The position numbers were made by a program, and so were the translations under genes. Positions 1 through 7,831 of a stretch of DNA of 32,000 bases are shown piece by piece. The notes under the pieces were generated by a model. The model had not been told where the DNA came from. It was given only the letters and a program-made list of their open reading frames with translations, and did not search any database. This DNA is from Kiritimatiellia bacterium (GTDB lineage Bacteria > Verrucomicrobiota > Kiritimatiellia > SLAD01): the NCBI GenBank assembly GCA_007134735.1, contig SLKG01000037.1, positions 65,286-97,285 on the forward strand, read 5' to 3'. Position 1 is the first letter of the stretch. Each line of letters opens with the position of its first letter.

Positions 1-1956
1 CCCCTGGACCCCCTGAACGCTGACCCGGCCGTCCTGCACGATCACTTCCGCGCCGGGCGGAATATCGCCGGCCTGGACCTGCTGGACATACTCCTGAAAA
101 GCCCGGTTGCTGTCCTGCTGGGAGGGAATCCAGATCCGGTCCCCGTACAAGTCCCGCATGACGGCCATGTACGTATTATCCGCCAGCGCGTTCTGCGTGA
201 TGAGATAAACATCCGGCCGGCAATGGGCGGAGAAGATCATGTAGGTCGGCACGAAGCGGCCCGGATCCGTTCCCCCGAAAAAGATCGCGTCCTGCTCCAT
301 CTCCGGCGGATAATCCGGATTCGGCAACGGCGGTTCATTCGGATCGAGTTCATCGAGAATGGCGTCGGCGCCCCGTAATTGCCAGTGTCCGAATTGCCAT
401 CCGAAGTCATGCCCGCGCTGTTCGGCGCCCCCGATGATTCGGATCTGGCCCTCATTATAGAAGTTCTGGTACAGCACCATCAATGGGAAGACGGCCCCGA
501 GGACCAGGCCCACATACCGGCCGATCCCCTTAAGGCGAAGGTACCTTTCCACCAGGGACAGGACGAAGATGATGCTGTACCCCAGCCATACGGCGAAAAG
601 CGCATGGGAGGGGATGAAAAACCGGCGCTGGATGAACAAGGTCTGGATGTCGAGGTCGGGATTCAAGAACGTCATGAGCATGACGCTCACGAGGAAATAC
701 GCGGTGATCAAGGTGATCAGCCAGGATCGCATGGACCGGCGGATCTGCGCGAAGAAGAAGAACGGGAAGATGGCCATCAACACCGTGGGGAGGGTGAATT
801 GGCTGCGCAGGCTGTAAAAGTAGGCGCGCATCTGCGCGAAGAACAAGGCGGGGTCTTCAAGGGGATTGGATGGGACGATGCGTTCATATTGACCCCGCGT
901 AAACGCGTGTTTGAATCCCTCCCACGTTCGCGTGTACCCCCAGTTATGGGGCGGGTTCTGGTCGGAGGCGATCGGCATGAACAGGTAGAAGGAGAGACCT
1001 AGCAGGACAAACAGGGCCATCAGGCCCATTCGGCGCCATTCGGTGAACAGTTTGTGTTCGATCAGAAACAGGCCGACCGGCGCAAACAGGAAAAGGAAAC
1101 CGAGTACGTAATAAAAGCTCTGGACAACCGGAGCCGGTTCGCCCGTTGGAACCATGGTATGCGCGCGATAAAGAAGATAGGCGCCGATGACGATGCCCAG
1201 GACGGCGGAGGCGTCGCGCAGGAGCGGTCGGTCCCGAAAGGCCACGGCCAGAAACAGGGCCGGCGCGATGAAGAAGATCGTATGGTGATTGGTCAGGGCA
1301 AGCCCGAACATATAGGCCATCACATACAGCACACGGTCCTCGCCCGGACGGGACATCCAACGGTAGGTCAGGATCAGGATCATCATCAGGAAGAAGGCGT
1401 TGAGCGCGTACACCTCCACGATGACGGCTTGCGACCAGAGCACCGGACTGACCGCCAGCAGCAGACCGGCTGAAACACCGGCCGTCCAGCACAGGGAGCT
1501 TTCAATGGACAATCCCAGTTCCCGGGTGGCCCGCTTCATGCCGCGCATCATGTCGGCGCCCGAGCGGCTGACCAGCAAGGCCAGCAGGGCACAGGCGAGG
1601 GAAGCGAACGTGGCCGACATGAGGCCGACGGCCCAGGCGGGGTTGGGGTATCCGTGGTACTCGATTCCGTGAAAGATCCACTGAAAGAACCATGCCAGCA
1701 GGGTCCAGGTCGGATAGCCGGGCGGGTGGGGCACCCCCATGTAGTCCGCCGCAACGGTCAGTTCACCCGAATCCTCGAGTGTGACCGTGGGCGCCAGGGT
1801 ATAGAGATACAGGGAAAACGCGACGACCAGCACCGTGGTAAACGCCGTCCAGTCCACGGTACGGAAAAAGGCGCCGGTTTGGTGGTCAAAAAACGCAGCC
1901 CTTTCATCGGACGGCCGGACGCCGGTCTCTTTTATAACAGGCTCTCGTTTTCTCAT
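1..1956 (-). CDS. DUF2723/TMEM260-like GT-C fold membrane glycosyltransferase (partial; C-terminus lies beyond the left edge)
   Basis: Absent from the ORF track because it has no stop in the window. My minus-strand translation from ATG 1956..1954 stays open to nt 1 (652 codons). It reads MRKREPVIKETGVRPSDERAAFF...LAPTVTLEDSGELTVAADYMGVPHPPGYPTWTLLAWFF...WSQAVIVEVYALNAFF...DQNPPHNWGYTRTWEGFKHAFTRGQYE, with many hydrophobic helices. Plus-strand ORFs 379..1002, 1054..1473 and 1654..2166 are its E/D/G/H-rich antisense shadows. Confidence 0.85.
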   Translation of the reverse strand, partial: MRKREPVIKETGVRPSDERAAFFDHQTGAFFRTVDWTAFTTVLVVAFSLYLYTLAPTVTLEDSGELTVAADYMGVPHPPGYPTWTLLAWFFQWIFHGIEYHGYPNPAWAVGLMSATFASLACALLALLVSRSGADMMRGMKRATRELGLSIESSLCWTAGVSAGLLLAVSPVLWSQAVIVEVYALNAFFLMMILILTYRWMSRPGEDRVLYVMAYMFGLALTNHHTIFFIAPALFLAVAFRDRPLLRDASAVLGIVIGAYLLYRAHTMVPTGEPAPVVQSFYYVLGFLFLFAPVGLFLIEHKLFTEWRRMGLMALFVLLGLSFYLFMPIASDQNPPHNWGYTRTWEGFKHAFTRGQYERIVPSNPLEDPALFFAQMRAYFYSLRSQFTLPTVLMAIFPFFFFAQIRRSMRSWLITLITAYFLVSVMLMTFLNPDLDIQTLFIQRRFFIPSHALFAVWLGYSIIFVLSLVERYLRLKGIGRYVGLVLGAVFPLMVLYQNFYNEGQIRIIGGAEQRGHDFGWQFGHWQLRGADAILDELDPNEPPLPNPDYPPEMEQDAIFFGGTDPGRFVPTYMIFSAHCRPDVYLITQNALADNTYMAVMRDLYGDRIWIPSQQDSNRAFQEYVQQVQAGDIPPGAEVIVQDGRVSVQGVQG

Positions 1957-2029
1957 GTTCGGCTCTTTTTACAGCCCCGTTCAGGAATGCGTCGGATACA
2001 GCGGGTCGCGGTGCATGCCGCACACCCTC

Positions 2030-2058
2030 AAGCTAAATCCATGCGTGTGCGGCGTCAA
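2030..2058 (-). promoter_or_regulatory. Candidate sigma70-like promoter for the DUF2723 gene
   Basis: Minus strand reads TTGACG (2058..2053), a 17-nt spacer, then TAGCTT (2035..2030). It lies about 75 nt upstream of ATG 1956 in the 157-nt gap after the UbiA gene. Motif match only. Confidence 0.25.
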
Positions 2059-2113
2059 GCGATACCCCTTGCCTTCCCCGGTTTGGATGCCGCGGGGCGT
2101 CCATTTGTTCACA

Positions 2114-3025
2114 TCACCGCAGCAGTAAAACCAGCAGTACCGTCAGGCCGTACAACGCGATGTTGATGAGCAGGGGTTTATCCGTCAAAAGAATTTTTTC
2201 CGGCCGGCCGCCCTGTTCATGGCGGTAGACCAGGTCCAGGTACCGGAATAAACCGAAAATGACGAACGGTATGGTGAAACCGAGCCCGGTGGTCCCGAAC
2301 TTATCGACCGTATCCGGCCACAGGGTATACAGCGCATAGGAGACGATGGTCGCCGCGCTGACAATGGCGATCAGCTGGTCCAGCAGCCGCTCGTCATATT
2401 GGACCATGCTCGCGCGCGTGGTGTCCGCGATTTCGTTGAGGACGACTTTTTCATGCCGCCGTTTGCAGAGTCCGAGAAACAGGGCCAGCAGCAGGGCGCA
2501 CAACAGCAACCAGGGCGAAATGGTGACCTCAATGACCAGGGCGCCGGCCAGGGCCCGGAGCACGAATCCCCCAGCAATGACGAATATGTCAATGAGGGCG
2601 ATCTGCTTCAGGCCGAATGTATACACGACCTGCAGTCCCGCATACGCGGCCAGGGCCGTGAAAAACGGGGGGGATAGGATCCAGCCGCCCGTCAAACCCG
2701 CAAGGAGAAGGACGGCGGAAAGAAGCAGGGCCGTTGGGATCGGCAATTCACCTGACGCTACCGGGCGCCGTTTTTTCGTGGGATGTTTCCGGTCGTATTC
2801 GATGTCCCGGACATCGTTCAGAAGATAGATGCCGCTGGACACCAGGCAGAAGAGGAGGGCCGCCGGAAGGACCCACGCGATATGCGCGATGGTAATGCCC
2901 TGGCCGGGATCGCCCAGGGCGAAGATAAACGCGGCGAATACCACGGCGTTCTTGGTCCACTGTGTCACGCGCAACGCCCGCAGCAGCATCAGGGGGTGTC
3001 CGGAAATAAACGGGTACTTGATCAT
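2114..3025 (-). CDS. UbiA-family prenyl-phosphate phosphoribosyltransferase (decaprenyl-phosphate phosphoribosyltransferase-like)
   Basis: Sequence includes LRALRVTQWTKNAVVFAAFIFA, the NDxxDxxxD motif (YLLNDVRDIEYDRKHPTKKRRPVASGEL) and multiple TM helices. I set the start at the internal ATG 3025..3023 (MIKYPF...), which overlaps the upstream stop as ATGA. The track's 3103 start would overlap the upstream gene by 82 nt. Confidence 0.85.
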   Translation of the reverse strand: MIKYPFISGHPLMLLRALRVTQWTKNAVVFAAFIFALGDPGQGITIAHIAWVLPAALLFCLVSSGIYLLNDVRDIEYDRKHPTKKRRPVASGELPIPTALLLSAVLLLAGLTGGWILSPPFFTALAAYAGLQVVYTFGLKQIALIDIFVIAGGFVLRALAGALVIEVTISPWLLLCALLLALFLGLCKRRHEKVVLNEIADTTRASMVQYDERLLDQLIAIVSAATIVSYALYTLWPDTVDKFGTTGLGFTIPFVIFGLFRYLDLVYRHEQGGRPEKILLTDKPLLINIALYGLTVLLVLLLR

Positions 3026-3771
3026 GAGGCCACACTCCGCGGATGACGGCTCCGGGGCCGGCGCCGAAATCCGGATTTGAATGCCAGTTTCCAAACAATC
3101 CATAGCGCTTCCCGTACAATCGACGTGCTCATTTTCGATTGTCCCGACCGGCGCTCTTCAAAAGTAATGGGAACATCCACGATATGAAATCCCAGCATCC
3201 ACGCATTGAATGTCATTTCCACCTGGAACGAATACCCGTCCGACCGGACGGCGTCGAGGTCGATGGCTTCCAGCACCTCGCGCCGGTAGCACTTGAAGCC
3301 GCCGGTGGGATCGGTAAAGGGAAGCCCCGTGATCATGCGCACATAGACCCCGGCGCCCTTGCTGAGACACAACCGGGACAACGGCCAGTTAATGACCCGG
3401 ATGCCGTCGACGTAACGGGATCCCAATACCAGGTCGGCGCTCTCCGCGGCCGCCCGCATGCGGGGGATCTCAGCCGGATCGTGTGAGAAGTCCGCGTCCA
3501 TCTCGAATATGAACCCGTATGAGCGTTCCAGCGCCCATTTGAATCCGGCCGTGTAGGCCCGGCCCAGTCCCATTTTTCGTTCGCGGTGCAATACATGAAT
3601 GCGGGACTCCCGCTCGCTCAACTCGTCCAGCAACTCGCCGGTGCCGTCCGGCGAGTTGTCGTCCACGTACAGCAGATCCGTTTCCGGATAATGATCGAAC
3701 ACGGCGCGCTGGATATCCTCCACGTTGTCGTGCTCGTTATACGTGGGCACAATGATCAAAGTGTCGTTCAT
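3022..3771 (-). CDS. GT2 polyprenol-phosphate glycosyltransferase (dolichol-P-mannose synthase / Ppm1-like)
   Basis: Sequence includes IIVPTYNEHDNV, YVDDNSPDGT and FEMDADFSHDP, the pattern typical of DPM1/Ppm1-type GT2 enzymes. It has a 4-nt ATGA overlap with the downstream UbiA gene. Confidence 0.9.
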   Translation of the reverse strand: MNDTLIIVPTYNEHDNVEDIQRAVFDHYPETDLLYVDDNSPDGTGELLDELSERESRIHVLHRERKMGLGRAYTAGFKWALERSYGFIFEMDADFSHDPAEIPRMRAAAESADLVLGSRYVDGIRVINWPLSRLCLSKGAGVYVRMITGLPFTDPTGGFKCYRREVLEAIDLDAVRSDGYSFQVEMTFNAWMLGFHIVDVPITFEERRSGQSKMSTSIVREALWIVWKLAFKSGFRRRPRSRHPRSVAS

Positions 3772-3861
3772 TCCGGTAGCACTTTAGGGGACACGGCGAA
3801 AAAAACAAGCCGATGTTGTTTTGAATCGATCCATGGCGTATGATACGTGCGGCAGTGTATT

Positions 3862-4422
3862 ATGAAATATCCCCTCCATTATTATGGCGATCCGATTCTT
3901 CGGGAGAAAACCGTTCCGGTGGCCGAGGTCACGGATGAGATCCGCGCCCTCTCGGACGACATGATCGAGACCCTGCATTCGGAAAACGGGATCGGGTTGG
4001 CGGCCCCGCAGATCGGCCGGCGGGAATCCCTTTGTGTGGTGTATGTGCCCGGGGAATACGATGTGGATGAGGAAGGGCATCGGCTGAATCCGGACGCGGC
4101 GATGCCGATGGTGCTGATCAATCCCGAAATTACGGAACCGTCCGATATTCAGGCCGCCCGGGATGAGGGGTGCCTGAGCATTCCGGATATATACGCCGAG
4201 GTGGTTCGGCCGTATGAGATCCGGGTGCGGTACCTCGACCGCGAGGGCGTGTCCCGTGATGAACGATACCGGGGTTTGGTGGCGCGGGTGATTCAACACG
4301 AGGTGGACCATCTCAACGGGATTCTGTTCATCGACCGCATTTCCCACGTAAAGAAGATCGCCCTCCGGGGCCGCCTTAAGCGTCTGCGTCGCGAAACGGA
4401 AGAGCGGTTCAAGCCGGCGTAG
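3862..4422 (+). CDS. def: Peptide deformylase
   Basis: All three Def motifs are present: GIGLAAPQIG, EGCLSIP and HEVDHLNG. The track start 3847 is a GTG. ATG 3862 gives MKYPLHYYGDPILR, a typical Def N-terminus. Confidence 0.95.
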   Translation: MKYPLHYYGDPILREKTVPVAEVTDEIRALSDDMIETLHSENGIGLAAPQIGRRESLCVVYVPGEYDVDEEGHRLNPDAAMPMVLINPEITEPSDIQAARDEGCLSIPDIYAEVVRPYEIRVRYLDREGVSRDERYRGLVARVIQHEVDHLNGILFIDRISHVKKIALRGRLKRLRRETEERFKPA

Positions 4423-4434
4423 AGGCGGCCGGCA

Positions 4435-5406
4435 CTATTCCGTTCTCGGGATGTCCGGATCGAAACCGGGGGTTTCGACGGCGGGGCCGGTTGTTTCCGC
4501 CGGCGCGCCGGGTTCCGTTCCGGCCGGGGATGCCGGGACAGCGTTGGATTCCGGCCGGAACGGCATGGCCGCTTCCTCGGTTTCCTCCGCGGGGTCCGCC
4601 GTTTGCCGCAGGGCGTCGGATGCGGCGCCGTTGCGGTGCCGTCGAAGAAATTCCTTGGCCAGGTTCCGGTAGGCCACGGACCCCGTACAATGGCGGTCGT
4701 ATTGAATAATCGGACGGCCGAAACTCGGCGCCTCGCTCAACCGCACGCTCCGGGGAATCAATGTTTCAAAAACCTTGTCGGCGAAATGGGCGGCCACTTC
4801 CTGGACAACCTGTTGCGACAGGTTGGTGCGCATATCGTACATCGTCATCACGATCCCCGCTATGTCCAGGTCCGGATTGGCCCCGCTTTCCCGCAGTTGC
4901 CGGACCAGCCGGGCCATGACGCTCAAACCTTCCAGGGCATAATATTCGCATTGAATCGGAATCAGCAGTCCCTGGGCCGCGGTGAGGGCGTTCATGGTCA
5001 GGATGCCGAGGGAAGGGGGGCAGTCGACCAGGATGAAATCGTAGGGTTGTTCTTCCTCCCGAAGAGGTTGCAGGGCGTTCTTGAATGGATGCAGATAGTG
5101 TTCGGAGCGCGCGATGTCCACTTCCGCGCCGGCCAGGTCCACCTCCGCCGGCAGAAGATCGAGCCGCTTGACCTCGGTCGGCTGGATGAAATCGCGGATG
5201 GATTTTTCGCCGAGCAGGACCGGATACAGGCTGTGGCCGGCGCGCTGTTCCACGCCCAGGCCGCTGGTGGCGTTGGATTGAGGATCGAGATCGATCAACA
5301 GGACACGCTTCCGTCGTTCGGCCAGGCAGGCTGAAAGGTTGATGGCGGTCGTGGTTTTCCCCACGCCGCCTTTCTGGTTGGCCACCGCGATGACTGGACT
5401 ATCCAT
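4435..5406 (-). CDS. parA: ParA/Soj-family ATPase with about 70-aa Pro/Ala/Glu-rich C-terminal tail
   Basis: Deviant Walker A in IAVANQKGGVGKTTTAINL, plus LLIDLDPQ and ILVDCPPSLG. I chose start ATG 5406 (MDSPVIAV...), which has AGGA 8 nt upstream. The track start 5436 is a TTG. Confidence 0.9.
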   Translation of the reverse strand: MDSPVIAVANQKGGVGKTTTAINLSACLAERRKRVLLIDLDPQSNATSGLGVEQRAGHSLYPVLLGEKSIRDFIQPTEVKRLDLLPAEVDLAGAEVDIARSEHYLHPFKNALQPLREEEQPYDFILVDCPPSLGILTMNALTAAQGLLIPIQCEYYALEGLSVMARLVRQLRESGANPDLDIAGIVMTMYDMRTNLSQQVVQEVAAHFADKVFETLIPRSVRLSEAPSFGRPIIQYDRHCTGSVAYRNLAKEFLRRHRNGAASDALRQTADPAEETEEAAMPFRPESNAVPASPAGTEPGAPAETTGPAVETPGFDPDIPRTE

Positions 5407-5526
5407 AATCGGCATCCTACCGCATTTCATAAGCAAGGCTCAAGAGGCCGTTGCGCAAATCGAAGAGGCGGCGGGTAACGCACCGTGAATCCGAAAAAGC
5501 CTGCGCGCGGCACCGCACGCCCCTCT

Positions 5527-6609
5527 TCAGGCCTCCTGTTCCGGCAGGGCGGGCGTCTCTTCCTCCTCCCGCCGGACGCCCTCGATCTGTTCCATCTTGC
5601 CCTCGATCCGGCCGAGCCGCTTCTCCGCTTCCGTGAATTTTTTCATCGAGTTTTCGAGGTGCTGTCCCACGAGGCGGAAGGAGGCTTCAAACCGTTCAAA
5701 TTCCTTTTTCAACCGGCCCAGGTGATTCATGATGTCCCGGGCGCTTTCCTCCACGCGCATTCCCTTGAGCCCCAGCAGAATGGTCTGGAGATAGGCGTAG
5801 AACGTGTTGGGGGATACCGGGATGACGCGCTTGGCCAGCGCGTATGACAACAGGGACGATCCCGCCCCCGAATGGTCGTCCCGAACGATCATTTCATAAT
5901 ACACGTTCTCGGCCGGAATATACATAAGCGCGAAATCGAATGTACCCTCATCGGTACGGATGTATTTGGAGGCGATGTCGTCCGCGTGCTTTTTCACGTT
6001 GCGGATGAATTCGGTGCGCGCGGCTTTTTTCGCCTTCTCATCCTCCAGTTCGCTGATGCGGCGGAAATTCTCCAGTGAAAATTTGGCGTCCACCGGCACG
6101 AGGCCCGATTGCAACCGTATGACCGCGTCCACGGTTTCCCCGCCCCGGAACGTATACTGCGTTTCATACTGGTGAGCGGTCAGTACCTGCGCCAGGAGCT
6201 CGTTCAGCCACAGCTCGCTGATGTTGCCCCGGAGTTTCGGCGATTGCAGGATGTCCTGCAGGCCGGAAATATCCTTGCCCACATCAAAAATCTGCTGGGT
6301 GCTTTTTTCCAGGGACACAAGCTGTTTGTTCACGTTCTGGATGACCCGGGAGGTGCCTTCCAGCTGTTCCCACGTGGACTTGCGTGTCGCGTCCAGCGAC
6401 TGGGACATGTGTTGATTGATCTGTTGAAGAGACGATCGCAGTTGTTCCATCTGTTCAGTCGTCTGCCGGGAAAGGGCGTTCATCTGGTTTTGAATGAGCA
6501 GCATGGACTCGTCGCGCCCGGCCTTCGGGATGGCCAGGGCGTTGCGAATCCACCATCCCGCCGCCAGCAGGATGACCGTAAGAACCGCGATTAGGATGAT
6601 GTAGTCCAT
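5527..6609 (-). CDS. rmuC: DNA recombination protein RmuC
   Basis: N-terminal TM helix, a long coiled-coil, then the RmuC nuclease-like core: DAVIRLQSGLVPVDAKFSLENF and FALMYIPAENVYYE. Confidence 0.9.
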   Translation of the reverse strand: MDYIILIAVLTVILLAAGWWIRNALAIPKAGRDESMLLIQNQMNALSRQTTEQMEQLRSSLQQINQHMSQSLDATRKSTWEQLEGTSRVIQNVNKQLVSLEKSTQQIFDVGKDISGLQDILQSPKLRGNISELWLNELLAQVLTAHQYETQYTFRGGETVDAVIRLQSGLVPVDAKFSLENFRRISELEDEKAKKAARTEFIRNVKKHADDIASKYIRTDEGTFDFALMYIPAENVYYEMIVRDDHSGAGSSLLSYALAKRVIPVSPNTFYAYLQTILLGLKGMRVEESARDIMNHLGRLKKEFERFEASFRLVGQHLENSMKKFTEAEKRLGRIEGKMEQIEGVRREEEETPALPEQEA

Positions 6610-6795
6610 GGATATACCGTATGCCGGATGTCTGCGCGGCCTGTTTCCAGGCGTTGGAAGTCGTTTTGAAGTCTAGGTCCAATCATTGGACATTCCTGGT
6701 TGTACGTATGCAAACGGGCCATGCGCGGGTTCCGTTATTTTGTCGGTTCGTGCTCGTCTGTCCGGTCGCGACACGCGGCGCGCGACGCGGTTCCC

Positions 6796-7641
6796 CTACC
6801 GCACCAGCATCACCGGCAGGTGCGAGCGGGTCATGAGGTTCATTGTTGTGCTGCCGAGAATCAATTCCCGTATCCGGCTGTGGCCGTAGGCGCCCATCAC
6901 AATCAGGTGGCATTCCTGTTCCTGTGCGCTTTCGAGAATGCCTTGCGAGGAACGGTGGTTTTCCACAATAAGGTTCGTCGCCCGGCAGTCGTGGGATTCC
7001 GCCAGTTTCAGTCCCTCCGCCGATATGCGTTCGGTTTCGGCAATTTCCTTTCCTTCCGTCACCGTCAGGATGATCAATTCCACATTCAGGGCCTTGGCCA
7101 GTTCGATGGCGACATGCAGTCCCTGGCTGGCGTGTCCGCTGCCGTCGTACGCCGCCATGATCTTGTTGATGGGTTGAAATTCGGAGGGCGTTACCAGGCA
7201 GGGTTTGATCGAGTGCCGGAGTACGCGTTCGGCGGTTGACCCCAGAGCTTCGCCCACGATATCGGCGTGCTGACCGCGTTGTCCGATGATCAATAATTCC
7301 GTCCGGTTTTCTTCCTCGACGATTACTCGTGAGGGATGTCCCATTTTCAAGGCGCCGTCCGCCGGAATGCCGGCTTGCTCGCATCGATGGTTAAACGCCT
7401 CGACAATGGTTTCGCCTTTCCGTTCCAGCACGTCGCGGAATTGCTGGAGCTGGCTCCCATAGGGCTGGGCGCCGATCCAGCCGGAGATGTCGGCCATGAG
7501 CGGGCCTTCCAGCATGCGCGAGTCGAGGATATGCAGACCCGTGAGCCGGGCGGACAGCTGTTGGGAAAGATGCAAGGCGTATTCACAGGCGATATCGCTG
7601 TGTCGGGATCCGTCCAGGCAGACCATGATGTTCTTGATCAT
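6796..7641 (-). CDS. Universal stress protein, tandem USP domains
   Basis: Two USP halves (MVCLDGSRHSD... and MAAYDGSGHAS...). The C-terminal ATP motif G-x2-G-x9-GS is present in MGAYGHSRIRELILGST. AAAGGA lies 6 nt upstream of the ATG. Confidence 0.9.
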   Translation of the reverse strand: MIKNIMVCLDGSRHSDIACEYALHLSQQLSARLTGLHILDSRMLEGPLMADISGWIGAQPYGSQLQQFRDVLERKGETIVEAFNHRCEQAGIPADGALKMGHPSRVIVEEENRTELLIIGQRGQHADIVGEALGSTAERVLRHSIKPCLVTPSEFQPINKIMAAYDGSGHASQGLHVAIELAKALNVELIILTVTEGKEIAETERISAEGLKLAESHDCRATNLIVENHRSSQGILESAQEQECHLIVMGAYGHSRIRELILGSTTMNLMTRSHLPVMLVR

Positions 7642-7831
7642 AATGATCCTTTCAACTCGATTTCAGTTCGATCACGGTGGTTACGGCGGGATCATAATAG
7701 AAGGTTTCCGGGCGGTTGTCGATAGGGGAGAACCCGGGGTGGCGGTAGCCCGCGGGGCGAGGCCCCGACCTTTTCCCGGACGGTGTTTCGCGGGCTTGCA
7801 GAAGGGCCCGTACAATTGATACGGTACAATC

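Noticed and set aside
379-2166. Plus-strand ORFs 379..1002, 1054..1473, 1400..1672 and 1654..2166
   Set aside because: Their composition is E/D/G/H/R-rich and low-complexity, as expected for the antisense frame of a membrane protein. The minus strand carries an uninterrupted 652-codon DUF2723-type ORF across the same span.
4603-5334. 243-aa plus-strand ORF opposite parA
   Set aside because: It is antisense to a ParA gene with canonical motifs, and it has no recognisable features.
6683-7384. 233-aa minus-strand and 179-aa plus-strand ORFs overlapping the USP gene
   Set aside because: They are alternative frames. The USP frame shows two complete USP domains, including the ATP motif.
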